DNA of 64,000 nucleotides from Acidimicrobiia bacterium (GTDB lineage Bacteria; Actinomycetota; Acidimicrobiia; Spongiisociales; UBA11373): NCBI GenBank assembly GCA_040902765.1, contig JBBDWO010000028.1, positions 43,946 to 107,945 of the forward strand, read 5' to 3'. Shown piece by piece: positions 18,582 to 28,373 of this stretch (position 1 is its first letter; each line of letters starts with the position of its first letter). The notes under the pieces were generated by a model. It saw only the letters and a program-made list of their open reading frames with translations, ran no database searches and was not told where the DNA came from. The position numbers and the translations under genes were made by a program.

Positions 18582-19022
18582 GTGACTACGCAAACGACAC
18601 ACACCGAGAGACAGGTGGCCGAACGCCTCGGCGTTCGCGGCGAACGCCTGACTTCGGGTCGGCGAGCAGTCGTTCGTCTCCTCGGCCGGGCCGACGGACC
18701 CCTCGCCGCGGCTGAGATCCATCGACTGCTCGAGAGCGTCCCGCTGTCGTCGATCTACCGGACTCTGACCGTGCTCCACGAGGCTGGTGTGGTGGCGCCG
18801 CACCACACCAGCGGAGTCACGCGATACGAGATCGCCGACTGGCTGGCTGGCCACCACCACCACGTCGTGTGCGGTGAGTGCGGGGCGGTCTCCGATGTGG
18901 TCCTTCTCGAGGAGCTGGAGGCGTCGCTGGTGACCGTGGTCGGGGCCGTGGCCTCTCAGTCGGGCTTCATCCATGATGGGCACTCGCTCGAGGTGGAGGG
19001 AACGTGTCCGGCGTGTCAGTGA
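18582..19022 (+). CDS. Fur-family metalloregulator (Zur-like)
   Basis: Winged-helix N-terminus; metal sites HHHH...C-x-x-C...C-x-x-C; genomic coupling to the zinc ABC genes. Confidence 0.75.
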   Translation: MTTQTTHTERQVAERLGVRGERLTSGRRAVVRLLGRADGPLAAAEIHRLLESVPLSSIYRTLTVLHEAGVVAPHHTSGVTRYEIADWLAGHHHHVVCGECGAVSDVVLLEELEASLVTVVGAVASQSGFIHDGHSLEVEGTCPACQ

Positions 19023-19864
19023 CCTCTGCCGTCGTCGCCGAGCGGCTCGTCCTCGCATACGGCCGGACGGTTGCCCTCACCGAGTCGTCCTTCGTCATCC
19101 CCTCGGGCGCGGTCACGGCCGTGATCGGGCCGAACGGGTCGGGCAAGTCGACGGTGTTAAACGCGGTCGCCGGCCTGATGAAGCCGGCGTCTGGGCGGCT
19201 TGAATTGGTCCGGAGGAATGGGCGGGCACCCGGCGTCGCCTATGTGATGCAGGCCACCAAAGTGAACGAAGCCCTACCGGTCACCGCCGGCGAGGTGGTG
19301 GCGATGGGTCGTTACCCCGGCAAAGGGATGTGGCGACGGTTCGCTGCGGCCGATCGGCACGCCATCGATCAGGCCACTTCGGCGATGGCCCTGGGAGATC
19401 TCGCAGGCCGGCACTACGGCCGTCTGTCGGGTGGTCAGCGTCAGCGGGTGCTGGTGGCGCAGGGTCTCGCCCAGGACCACGACATCCTGCTGCTCGACGA
19501 ACCGCTGTCCGGCCTGGACATGCCGTCGGCCGAACGGATCGATGCCGTCATCCACGACGAATACCGACTGGGCCGGACGGTGGTCGTGAGTACCCATGAT
19601 CTCGCCGAAGCGAGGGTCGCCGATCACGTACTGCTGCTGTCGGGCCGAGTCGTCGCCTCGGGGCCTCCCGAGGCGGTGCTCACCGCCGAGCACCTGACCG
19701 CCGCATACGGCCCCAGCCTCCTGCATGTCGAGGCATTTGGCCTGCTCATCGACGACCCCGGGCACCGCCCGGTACCCGGGAGGCACGTGCACCGCGACCG
19801 CAGCATCCACGTAGAAGGCCCTGGGGCAGACCTGCACGGTGAGGGAGTAGCGAGTAGCGAGTAG
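19004..19864 (+). CDS. Metal ABC transporter ATP-binding protein (ZnuC-like)
   Basis: Walker A GPNGSGKST, signature LSGGQRQRV, Walker B ILLLDEP; GTG start overlaps the zur stop; the ORF stop lies inside the heptamer array. Confidence 0.8.
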   Translation: MSGVSVTSAVVAERLVLAYGRTVALTESSFVIPSGAVTAVIGPNGSGKSTVLNAVAGLMKPASGRLELVRRNGRAPGVAYVMQATKVNEALPVTAGEVVAMGRYPGKGMWRRFAAADRHAIDQATSAMALGDLAGRHYGRLSGGQRQRVLVAQGLAQDHDILLLDEPLSGLDMPSAERIDAVIHDEYRLGRTVVVSTHDLAEARVADHVLLLSGRVVASGPPEAVLTAEHLTAAYGPSLLHVEAFGLLIDDPGHRPVPGRHVHRDRSIHVEGPGADLHGEGVASSE

Positions 19865-19891
19865 CGAGTAGCGAGTAGCGAGTAGCGAGGG
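19843..19891. repeat. Tandem heptanucleotide array: 5 perfect GCGAGTA units plus degenerate flanking units
   Basis: Read from the sequence; followed at 19906-19955 by an inverted repeat AACGCTCAACGC...GCGTTGAGCGTT (terminator-like). Confidence 0.75.
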
Positions 19892-19998
19892 AGTCAGGTC
19901 CAACGCTCAACGCAGGACGCTTCTTGCGTTGAGCGTTGAGCGTTACGCGTTCCTCCAGGCGAAGCGTGGGGAGCAACGCCCTATCCTCCGCCCTTCCC

Positions 19999-22740
19999 AT
20001 GTACGGGTACGACCACCAGGCGATCGAGCAGAAGTGGCAGGCACGCTGGGCCGACGAGCGCGTCCATCGCACGCCGAACCCAGGCGACGACGACTTCGAC
20101 CCGGCTCGACCAAAGATGTACGTGCTCGACATGTTCCCGTACCCCTCCGGCGAGGGGCTCCATGTCGGCCACGCGGTCGGCTACATCGGGACCGACATCT
20201 TCTCGCGCTACAAGCGGATGCGTGGCTACGCGGTCCTGCACCCGATGGGGTTCGACTCCTTTGGCCTTCCCGCCGAGCAGTACGCGGTCGAGACTGGCGT
20301 GCATCCACGCCTCACCTCGCAACGCAACGAGTCGAATTACGTCCGTCAGTTGACGTCCTTCGCCCTGTCGTACGACTGGGAGCGCTGCTTCTCCACCACC
20401 GACCCCGACTACTACCGGTGGACCCAGTGGATCTTCCTGCGGCTGTTCGACTCGTGGTTCGACCCCGACGCCGGCAAGGCTCGTCCCATTGCCGAGTTGG
20501 TCGCCGCCCTCGAGGCGGATGACCGTGACGCCGATGGCCAGCCCTGGTCCGAGTTCGACGAGGGGGCGCGTCGTCGCTATCTCGACGACCGGCGCCTCGC
20601 CTACATCGACGAGGTGATGGTCAACTGGTGCCCGGGCCTGGGGACGGTGCTGGCCAACGAGGAGGTGACCCGGGACGGGCGGTCCGACCGGGGCAACTTT
20701 CCGGTCTACCGCAGACCGCTCCGGCAGTGGATGCTGCGGATCACCGCCTATGCCGACCGCCTCGTGGAGGACCTGGCGCTGCTCGACTGGCCCGAATCGG
20801 TCAAGACGATGCAGACCAATTGGATCGGGAGGAGTGAAGGAGCCCGCATCTGGTTCCCGGTGGAGGATTCCGGCTCGGCGGTTGAGGTCTTCACCACCCG
20901 CCACGACACGGTCTTCGGTGCCACCTACATGGTGCTGGCTCCGGAGCACCCCATGGTCGACGAGCTCACCGTGGACACATGGCCGACGGGCACCCCGGAG
21001 CGGTGGACCGGCGGCCACGCCACCCCGATCGAAGCCGTCGAGGGCTATCGCACCCGGGCCGAGGCGACCCCCGACCGGGATCGGCTCGCCGACCAGCGCG
21101 AGAAGACCGGTGTGTTCACCGGCTCCTACTGCATCAACCCCGCCACGGGTGAGCGGATCCCCGTGTTCATCGCCGACTACGTGCTCATGGGATACGGCAC
21201 CGGGGCGATCATGGCGGTGCCGGGTCAGGACGAACGCGACTGGGAATTCGCCAGGCTCTTCGATCTGGCGATCGTTCGCACCGTGCAGCCCCCGGACGAC
21301 TTCGATGGGGACGCCTACCTGGGCGACGGCCCGGCCATCAACAGCGGATTCCTCGACGGATTGGGCGTGGAGGAGGCGAAGGCGGAGACGGCCCGGTGGC
21401 TCGTTTCGGAGGGTCATGGTGAGCCCGCCGTCTCGTACAAGCTGCGTGACTGGCTGTTCAGCCGGCAGCGGTACTGGGGCGAGCCGATCCCCATCCTGCA
21501 CGGGCCCGACGGCGAACTCCGCCCCCTCGCCGACGAGGATCTGCCGCTGACCCTTCCCGAGATCGACGACTTCCGTCCGTCGGCGTCCGATGAGGAGGAT
21601 GCCGACCCGGTGCCGGCATTGGCGCGCGTTCCCGAGGCATGGCGCGTGGTGGAGATCGATGGGGTTCGGTACGAGCGGGAGCTCAACACGATGCCGCAGT
21701 GGGCGGGGTCGTGCTGGTACTACTTGCGATTCGCCGACCCGCACAATGCCGAGCGGTTCGTTGGCGAGGATGCGGAGCGGTACTGGATGGGGGAGACCGG
21801 CGTCGACCTGTACGTCGGCGGCGTCGAGCACGGCGTCCTCCACCTGCTGTATGTCCGCTTCTGGCACAAGCTGCTGTTCGACCTCGGGTATGTCTCCACG
21901 GTGGAGCCCTTCCGGCGCCTGTTCAACCAGGGGATCATCCAGGCCGACGCCTTCATGGACGAACGCGGCATGTGGGTGCCGGCGGAGAAGGTCGAGCTCG
22001 GCGACGGGGTGTACCTGTACGAGGGTCGCGAGGTGACCCGGGTCGAGGGGCGGATGGGCAAGTCGAAGAAGAACTCGGTCTCACCCGACGAGTTCTTCTA
22101 CGTCTACGGCATCGACACTCTGCGCCTCTACGAGATGTTCATGGGCCCACTCGATCAGGCGAAGCCGTGGACGACGCGGGACATCGTCGGCGTGACGAGG
22201 TTCCTGCAGCGGGTGTGGCGCAACTTTATCGACGCCGACACCGGCGAGCTCCTGGTCGTCGATGCCGAGCCGGACGACGGTCTCGCCCGGTCGATGCACC
22301 GGACCATCCGGGCGGTGACCGAGGACATGGAGCACCTGCGCTTCAACACCGCCATCGCCAGGCTGTTCGAGCTGAACAACGAGCTGGTCGCCCTGGACCG
22401 CGTACCGCGGACGGTGGCCGAAGCGTTCGTGCTGCTGCTCAGCCCGATCGCCCCGCACGTGGCCGAAGAGTTGTGGGAGCGGCTCGGTCACGACGGGTCG
22501 ATCCTCGCCGCGTCGTGGCCGACCTTCGACCCCGATCTCGCCATGGACGAGACCGTGACCCTCGTCGTTCAGGTCAACGGCAAGGTGCGCGATCGCATCG
22601 AGGTCGATGCCGGGATCGACGAGGACGAAGCGACCCGACTCGCCCTCGCATCGGAGAAGGTCGCCGCCGCGCTCGGGGGCGCCGAGCCATCGCGGGTGAT
22701 CGCACGACCTCCGAAGCTGGTGAACGTGGTCGTGGCGTGA
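19999..22740 (+). CDS. leuS: Leucyl-tRNA synthetase
   Basis: HVGH (HIGH) motif, class I editing and anticodon-binding regions; 914 aa from the ATG at MYGYDHQAIEQKWQ. Confidence 0.9.
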   Translation: MYGYDHQAIEQKWQARWADERVHRTPNPGDDDFDPARPKMYVLDMFPYPSGEGLHVGHAVGYIGTDIFSRYKRMRGYAVLHPMGFDSFGLPAEQYAVETGVHPRLTSQRNESNYVRQLTSFALSYDWERCFSTTDPDYYRWTQWIFLRLFDSWFDPDAGKARPIAELVAALEADDRDADGQPWSEFDEGARRRYLDDRRLAYIDEVMVNWCPGLGTVLANEEVTRDGRSDRGNFPVYRRPLRQWMLRITAYADRLVEDLALLDWPESVKTMQTNWIGRSEGARIWFPVEDSGSAVEVFTTRHDTVFGATYMVLAPEHPMVDELTVDTWPTGTPERWTGGHATPIEAVEGYRTRAEATPDRDRLADQREKTGVFTGSYCINPATGERIPVFIADYVLMGYGTGAIMAVPGQDERDWEFARLFDLAIVRTVQPPDDFDGDAYLGDGPAINSGFLDGLGVEEAKAETARWLVSEGHGEPAVSYKLRDWLFSRQRYWGEPIPILHGPDGELRPLADEDLPLTLPEIDDFRPSASDEEDADPVPALARVPEAWRVVEIDGVRYERELNTMPQWAGSCWYYLRFADPHNAERFVGEDAERYWMGETGVDLYVGGVEHGVLHLLYVRFWHKLLFDLGYVSTVEPFRRLFNQGIIQADAFMDERGMWVPAEKVELGDGVYLYEGREVTRVEGRMGKSKKNSVSPDEFFYVYGIDTLRLYEMFMGPLDQAKPWTTRDIVGVTRFLQRVWRNFIDADTGELLVVDAEPDDGLARSMHRTIRAVTEDMEHLRFNTAIARLFELNNELVALDRVPRTVAEAFVLLLSPIAPHVAEELWERLGHDGSILAASWPTFDPDLAMDETVTLVVQVNGKVRDRIEVDAGIDEDEATRLALASEKVAAALGGAEPSRVIARPPKLVNVVVA

Positions 22741-23135
22741 GGAGGTCCGCCGCTGACCTGATTCGGGCCGGCGGCATCGATCCTCGCTCGCTCGCCGGTG
22801 TGCTGACCCGGGTGGATCCGGAACGGGTTCCGGTGCGGGCTGCACGCCGCTGGTTTCGGGTGTTCTGGGCGCCGTGGGTGACGGCCATGGCGCTCCCGTG
22901 GGGCATCTACCTCCATCCGAACCGACTCTCCGACGAGCCCGAGCGGCTGGGGCGATTGATGGTCCACGAGCTCACCCACATCGACCAATGGCGCCGTCTC
23001 GGTCCCATCGGCTGGTCGAGGGAGTACCTCGGTGGGTACCGGCGCGGCCGGCGCCGCGGGCTGTCGCGCCAGGAGGCGTACCGTGCCATCCCCCTCGAGG
23101 TGGAGGCGCGCGACATCGCCGATCGCCATGGATGA
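22737..23135 (+). CDS. Small HExxH zincin-like protein (DUF4157-like)
   Basis: GTG start overlaps the leuS stop (GTGA); motif LMVHELTHIDQW resembles the DUF4157 HExxHxxQ signature (from memory); in the six-frame track it appears only as the tail of the 21639..23135 ORF. Confidence 0.5.
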   Translation: MRRSAADLIRAGGIDPRSLAGVLTRVDPERVPVRAARRWFRVFWAPWVTAMALPWGIYLHPNRLSDEPERLGRLMVHELTHIDQWRRLGPIGWSREYLGGYRRGRRRGLSRQEAYRAIPLEVEARDIADRHG

Positions 23136-23793
23136 GCCTCGCCCGTGGCGGGTGAGGGACGCGGTGGCGGTGTTCGTAGCCGGTACGGCCGCGGCGACCG
23201 CCGCCTACCTGGCGGTCGGTGACGCCACGGTGCTCGCCGTCTTCGGCGTGATCATTCCCGCACAACTGGTCGGCATCGTCCTGGCCCTCGCCGCGCTTGC
23301 CCCGCGCCGGCAGCCGTGGCGGCAGTCCTTTCGCTGGTCGGCCCACTGGAGCGACCTCGTCGGACTGCCCATCGGCCTCGGGATCCAGGTGGTGCTCGCT
23401 CTCGTGGTGGCGTCGATCGCCCGTTCCGTGGACATCGAGATACCGACACAGGAGGTCATCGACTCGGCGGCGGCCGCCGCCACCTGGTTCGAGTGGACCC
23501 TGGTGGCCGTCGGCATCGTCGTCCTGGGACCGCTCGTGGAGGAGGTGCTCTTCCGCGGGGTGTTGTTGGGCGCACTGGAGCGGCGCTCCAGGTTCGTCGC
23601 GGTGTATGGCAGCGCCCTGCTGTTCGCCTCAGCACACGCGCTCGATTCCGCGGCGTGGCTCATGCTCCCGAGCCTGTTCGTTCTCGGCGTCGTCCTCGGG
23701 TACGAGGTGCTTCGGACCGGTCGACTGGGGCGCGTCGTCGCCATCCACGCCGGCTTCAACTTCCTGGCCCTGGTGGGGCTCATCGTCGACTGA
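23128..23793 (+). CDS. CPBP-family (CAAX/Abi) intramembrane metalloprotease
   Basis: Motifs EEVLFRG, FASAHA and HAGFN; 5-6 TM helices; ATG overlaps the upstream stop (ATGGATGA). Confidence 0.75.
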   Translation: MDEPRPWRVRDAVAVFVAGTAAATAAYLAVGDATVLAVFGVIIPAQLVGIVLALAALAPRRQPWRQSFRWSAHWSDLVGLPIGLGIQVVLALVVASIARSVDIEIPTQEVIDSAAAAATWFEWTLVAVGIVVLGPLVEEVLFRGVLLGALERRSRFVAVYGSALLFASAHALDSAAWLMLPSLFVLGVVLGYEVLRTGRLGRVVAIHAGFNFLALVGLIVD

Positions 23794-23844
23794 CCCGTAC
23801 GGTCCCCCTTCCGTACGGGCCGGAGCGCTGATACAAGCTGGGAC

Positions 23845-24387
23845 ATGGATCGGTCCTGGCTCGCCGGAGCCTCCCTCGCCTCGCTCGCCGTCGTCGGGGC
23901 GTTGATCCTCTGGCCGTCACCGCAGGCCCCACCGGTGGTCGAACGGCTCACGACACCGGCTCGCACGGCGACGCCGGGGACGATCGTCGTCCATGTGTCG
24001 GGCGCCGTGGCACGGCCCGGGCTAATCGCGCTGCCGGAAGGAGCGCGGGTCGCCGATGCCATCGCCGCAGCAGGGGGTGCCCTGCCGTCGGCGTCGCTGA
24101 CGGCACTCAACCTTGCTGCTCCGGTGGCCGGTGGCCATCGGGTCGTCGTGCCGGAGGAGGGAACGTCCCCCGGCGCCGCCGGTGGAACCGGAGGACCGAT
24201 CTCGGTGAACCTCGCCACTGCAGACGAGCTGGAGGGACTGCCAGGCGTCGGCCCCGTGCTGGCCCAGCGGATCGTCGAGCATCGGGAGCGGTACGGACCG
24301 TTCGGGGTCGTCGAGGACCTGCTCGACGTCACCGGAATCGGGGAGGCGAAGCTGGCCGCGATCCGCGACCACATCACCGTGCCGTGA
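23845..24387 (+). CDS. comEA: Competence protein ComEA (SLBB plus helix-hairpin-helix)
   Basis: C-terminal VNLATADELEGLPGVGPVLAQRIVEHRERYGPF HhH motif; N-terminal membrane anchor. Confidence 0.8.
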   Translation: MDRSWLAGASLASLAVVGALILWPSPQAPPVVERLTTPARTATPGTIVVHVSGAVARPGLIALPEGARVADAIAAAGGALPSASLTALNLAAPVAGGHRVVVPEEGTSPGAAGGTGGPISVNLATADELEGLPGVGPVLAQRIVEHRERYGPFGVVEDLLDVTGIGEAKLAAIRDHITVP

Positions 24388-26528
24388 CTCGCCGGGTCGC
24401 GGCGGTGCAGGATCTTCCCGCGGTGGTCGCCGCCTGCGGATCGGTGACCGGGGCGTTGGCGGCTCCGGTGTCGGCACTCGGGGTATCGATCGTCGGGGTC
24501 ATCACGCTGGTGTGGTGCGTGAAGGCACGCCAGCGGCTGGTCGCTCTGGGTGCCGCCGCCTTCCTCGCCGGGGCGATGTCGGCAGTGGCGGCCCACGGGC
24601 GAATCGCCGGGACCCTGGAGGCGCCGCTGCCAGAAGGCCCGGTTCGCATCGTGGGGACCATCGTGTCGGCACCGGCGCGGGTCGTGATCGCCCCGGATCA
24701 CCTGCTCGGTCCGTCGGGTTGGGAGCCGTGGCGTGGACCCAGGGTGCAGGTCGCCGGGCTGGAGGCAGCGGACGTCGGTGACCGCTTCGTCCTCTCCGGC
24801 GACCTCCGTCGTCGGCCCCGAGTGCAACTCGGGGGCCCGGTCGCCGGCGACCTCCGGGTGCTGGATGGGTGGCGACTCGCCCCTTCGGCCAATCCGGTCG
24901 TGGTGGCGGCGAATGCGCTGAGGTCGCGGGTCGAGTCCGGGCTGCGCCCGGTGGTGCATCGCCCCGAGGGGGCCCTTGTGTCGGGGTTCCTCATCGGTGA
25001 TGTCCGCCGATTGCCACCCGACGACTACGAGGCGCTCCGTCTGGCCGGCTTGAGCCACTTCGTGGTCGTGTCGGGGAGCAACGTCGCCTTGTTCCTCGCA
25101 GCGCTCTGGCTGGCCACAGGGCCGCTCGGGTGGTCGCCACATCGAAGGATCGTGGTAGGTCTCGTCGGGGTCGTCGTGTTCGCCGTCGTCACCCGATGGG
25201 AGCCGTCCGTCCTGCGCGCCTCGGCCATGGCCGTTGCCGTGCTTGGCGCCCGCCTGGTCGGATGGCATGTCAGCGCGCTCCGGGCGCTGTCTCTGGCGGT
25301 CACGACGCTGGTCGTCGCCACGGGGAGCATCGTGTACGACGTGGGCTTTCAGTTGTCGGTGGCGGCCACCGCCGGCATCGTCCTCGGCGCGTCCCTGTGG
25401 GTGGGGCGCCGTCCGCTCTGGCTGTGGGCTTCGCTCGGGGCGTCGCTCTCCGCACAGGTGGCCGTGGCTCCCATCCTGCTTGGTCACTTCGGCTCGATCC
25501 CGATTGTGAGTCCCCTGACCAATCTCGTGTCGGCTCCCCTTGTCGCCGTGGCCACCATGACGGGTGGGGTCGGCGCCGTTGCGGGCGCATGGCCTCTCGT
25601 GGAGATCGCCGCGGCGGTGGCCGGTGTCGTCCTGGTGGTCGCCCGCGCCGGGGCCGAGGTGGGCCAGATCGGCTGGGTGGGTTTCCTCCTGTCGTTGGCC
25701 GTCCTGGGGGTGGCGTGGCGTCACCGGGGCCTACGCGGTCCGGTCGCCTTGATCTCGGTGGTGGCGGTGGGGCTGTCGTTGGTACCGGCGGGACCCCCGG
25801 ACCGACCGGTGGTCCGGTTCCTCGACGTCGGGCAGGGTGACGCGACGCTGTTCCAAGGCCCCGGCGGCGAGACGATCCTCCTCGATGGTGGGTTGGATCC
25901 GCGGATCCTCCGATCCCACCTGCGCCAGCGAGGTGTCCGCCGGATCGATCTGCTCGTGATCACCCACCGTCATGCCGACCACTCGGCCGGCCTCGTGGGT
26001 ATCACCCGTACCGTCCCGGTCGCCCGGGTCTGGCATCCCCCGCAACTCGGCGAGTCGTCGCCACTGGATGTGGTGGTCGACGAGGTCGTGGGCTCGGGGG
26101 CGCTCGCCGAGGTGCCGTCGGTGGGGGATCGGGTCGGTGTCGGCGAGTTCGAGATCACCGTGCTCGGCCCGCTCCGTCGCTACGCCTCTCCCAACGATGG
26201 ATCGATCGTGCTGCTGGTAGAAGCGCGCGGGCACCGCGTCCTCATGACGGGGGACATCGAGGCGATCGCCCAGGCCGAGCTGGGCCCGATCTCCGCCGAT
26301 GTGATGAAGGTTCCCCATCAGGGTGCGGCGACCTCGTCCCTGGAGTGGCTGAAGGCGAGCCGCCCGGCGGTGGCGGTGATCAGTGTCGGTCCCAACACCT
26401 TCGGGCATCCGAGCCAGGACGTGATCGGCGTACTCGAGGGTGCCGGCGCGGTGGTCCGGCGCACCGACCTGGAGGGAACGATCACGATCCTGCTCGACCG
26501 ATCACCGGCGCTAGCGTCGGTGCCGTGA
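24384..26528 (+). CDS. comEC: DNA internalisation channel ComEC/Rec2 with metallo-beta-lactamase domain
   Basis: Polytopic competence domain plus C-terminal LDVGQGDATL...HRHADHSAG MBL motifs; GTGA overlap with comEA. Confidence 0.85.
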   Translation: MTRRVAAVQDLPAVVAACGSVTGALAAPVSALGVSIVGVITLVWCVKARQRLVALGAAAFLAGAMSAVAAHGRIAGTLEAPLPEGPVRIVGTIVSAPARVVIAPDHLLGPSGWEPWRGPRVQVAGLEAADVGDRFVLSGDLRRRPRVQLGGPVAGDLRVLDGWRLAPSANPVVVAANALRSRVESGLRPVVHRPEGALVSGFLIGDVRRLPPDDYEALRLAGLSHFVVVSGSNVALFLAALWLATGPLGWSPHRRIVVGLVGVVVFAVVTRWEPSVLRASAMAVAVLGARLVGWHVSALRALSLAVTTLVVATGSIVYDVGFQLSVAATAGIVLGASLWVGRRPLWLWASLGASLSAQVAVAPILLGHFGSIPIVSPLTNLVSAPLVAVATMTGGVGAVAGAWPLVEIAAAVAGVVLVVARAGAEVGQIGWVGFLLSLAVLGVAWRHRGLRGPVALISVVAVGLSLVPAGPPDRPVVRFLDVGQGDATLFQGPGGETILLDGGLDPRILRSHLRQRGVRRIDLLVITHRHADHSAGLVGITRTVPVARVWHPPQLGESSPLDVVVDEVVGSGALAEVPSVGDRVGVGEFEITVLGPLRRYASPNDGSIVLLVEARGHRVLMTGDIEAIAQAELGPISADVMKVPHQGAATSSLEWLKASRPAVAVISVGPNTFGHPSQDVIGVLEGAGAVVRRTDLEGTITILLDRSPALASVP

Positions 26529-27508
26529 AGCGGTTTCATCTCGTTCAGGGTCGCAAAGAGGCATCGGCCGGCGAACGACATGACATGGTCGAGCGGGCTC
26601 ATCGGATCCTCGCCGCTGCCGATGCGTCGTCGATCGACCGCTTCGACATTCCCGGCCGCGCCTCCGGGGAGCAGGCTGAGGAATCCGGGCTGCGGCCCGA
26701 GGTTGAGCGGCTGGTGCCAACCCTGCAGAGTGGATCACTGTTCGGTGGCATCGTCGGCGTCGTCGTGGTCGACGCGCAGAACCTGCTCAAGCACGAGGGT
26801 GAGGTGATCGCCGAGCTCCTGACGACCGTGGATCCGGAGCAGGTGGCGGTCGTCCTGGTTGCGATCGGCGCCACGCCGTCACCGATCCTGCGGCTGGCGA
26901 AGGCCGAAGGCGAGGTGCACACCGTCAAGGCGCTGACCGAGCGCGACATGACCTCGCGTCTGGGCGAGATGGCCCGAGAGCGACGGATGCGTCTCGAACC
27001 GGCGGCAGCGGCAGCGCTCCTCCAGGGGTTCGGCAGTGACGTCGGCGCGCTCGCCGGTGCTCTCGATCAGCTCGCTGCGGTGTCGGGACCGATCACCGCC
27101 GACGACGTGGTCGGTCGGTTCAAGAACCGTCCCGAGGAGCCGGCGTACCTGTACGTCGATGCGCTGTCGAGCGGGGACGTGGGCACCGCCCTCAGGAGGC
27201 TGTCGGCGTTTCTCACCCATGGCCACCCGCTGGTGCTGCTCTCCGCCGTCGAGGCCGACCTGAAGCGCAAGGCGCTGGCCGCTACCGCCGGGTCACTCGA
27301 CGAGTTCGCCGGTTGGGCGGGTGGTGGCCCCGACTACTACCCGAACAAGAAGGCGTGGCAGGCCCGGTCGTCGGTGTCCGAGGACGATCTCCACCGGGCG
27401 TTTCACGCACTCGCCCGAGCCGACATCACCCTCAAGACGGAGCCCGAGACCACCCACCGCCCGACGCTGGAACGCCTCACGGTCGCACTGGCCCGCTGGT
27501 ACGGCTGA
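26525..27508 (+). CDS. holA: DNA polymerase III delta subunit
   Basis: Conserved comEC-holA adjacency; delta-subunit C-terminal region; GTG start overlaps the comEC stop. Confidence 0.75.
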   Translation: MKRFHLVQGRKEASAGERHDMVERAHRILAAADASSIDRFDIPGRASGEQAEESGLRPEVERLVPTLQSGSLFGGIVGVVVVDAQNLLKHEGEVIAELLTTVDPEQVAVVLVAIGATPSPILRLAKAEGEVHTVKALTERDMTSRLGEMARERRMRLEPAAAAALLQGFGSDVGALAGALDQLAAVSGPITADDVVGRFKNRPEEPAYLYVDALSSGDVGTALRRLSAFLTHGHPLVLLSAVEADLKRKALAATAGSLDEFAGWAGGGPDYYPNKKAWQARSSVSEDDLHRAFHALARADITLKTEPETTHRPTLERLTVALARWYG

Positions 27509-27510
27509 CG

Positions 27511-27630
27511 GAGGGGCGAGGGCCGAGGGGCGAGGGGCGAGTAGCGAGGGGCGAGGGGCGAGTAGCGAGGGGCGGGTCTTGCGAATTGCGAATTGCGAAT
27601 TGCGAATCGCGCCCTACGCCTCGTAGGGCG
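27511..27630. repeat. Heptamer array (GAGGGGC)x6, (GAGTAGC)x2, (GCGAATT)x4, followed by hairpin CGCCCTACG-CCT-CGTAGGGCG
   Basis: Read from the sequence; the array begins at the holA stop; the hairpin at 27610-27630 sits between convergent holA and greA and is a likely bidirectional terminator. Confidence 0.75.
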
Positions 27631-28090
27631 TTATCGACACGATCTCGACGCTGAAGACGCCGCTGGGGGCCTCGTACGAGACGGTGTCGCCGACCCGGGC
27701 GTCGAGCAGGGCAGCGCCGAGGGGGCTCGACGGCGATGCGAGTGTGTAGCCCTCGACCCGGTTCTCCTGGGTGGCGACGAAGACCCGCATCTCGCCTCCG
27801 TCCTCGCGCTTGAGTTCGACCACCGATCCCACCGTCACGGTGTCGCCGTCCTCCACTTCCTGTACGAAGGCGGTGTCCAGGATCGACTGGAGCTTGCGGA
27901 TCCGCGCTTCCATCAGCCCTTGTTCGTTCTTGGCGGCGTCGTAGTCGGCGTTCTCGCGGATGTCGCCGTGCGAGCGCGCCTCGGCGATGCGCTCGGAGAT
28001 GAGTCGGCGTCCCTCGGTCGTCAGCTCCTCGAGCTCCTCGACCAGCTTGTGGTGTGCCGAAGGCGTCAGCCAGATCGGATCGTCAGCCAT
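27614..28090 (-). CDS. greA: Transcription elongation factor GreA
   Basis: N-terminal coiled coil and C-terminal FKBP-like domain; MADDPIWLTPSAHHKLVEELEEL. Confidence 0.9.
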   Translation of the reverse strand: MADDPIWLTPSAHHKLVEELEELTTEGRRLISERIAEARSHGDIRENADYDAAKNEQGLMEARIRKLQSILDTAFVQEVEDGDTVTVGSVVELKREDGGEMRVFVATQENRVEGYTLASPSSPLGAALLDARVGDTVSYEAPSGVFSVEIVSITPYEA

Positions 28091-28106
28091 GGGGTTGGCG
28101 TGGTGG

Positions 28107-28373
28107 TCAGGCGCGCGACTGCTTGGCGCGCTTGGCGAGCCGCGACTTCTTCCGGTTCGCCGTGTTGGGGTGCAGGACTCCCATGGCGGCGGCGGTGTCG
28201 ATGCGCTTCTGGGCTCGGCGCAGGGCCGTCTCGGTGGCCTCGGCGTCGCCGGCGTCAGCGGCGGTGAGGACGGCTTTCACCCGCGTCTTCAGTTCGGTGC
28301 GAACCGTCTGATTACGGGCGTGGCGCTTGACCGTCTGACGGTTGCGCTTGATCTGTGACTCGATGTTGGCCAT
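28107..28373 (-). CDS. rpsT: 30S ribosomal protein S20
   Basis: MANIESQIKRNRQTVKRHARNQ...; 89 aa from the internal ATG; the longer ORF extension in the track is spurious. Confidence 0.85.
   Translation of the reverse strand: MANIESQIKRNRQTVKRHARNQTVRTELKTRVKAVLTAADAGDAEATETALRRAQKRIDTAAAMGVLHPNTANRKKSRLAKRAKQSRA

Noticed and set aside
21639-23135. 498-aa ORF spanning the leuS 3' end
   Set aside because: It lies in an alternative frame of leuS. Only the last 132 codons (22737-23135), after the leuS stop, form a plausible gene.
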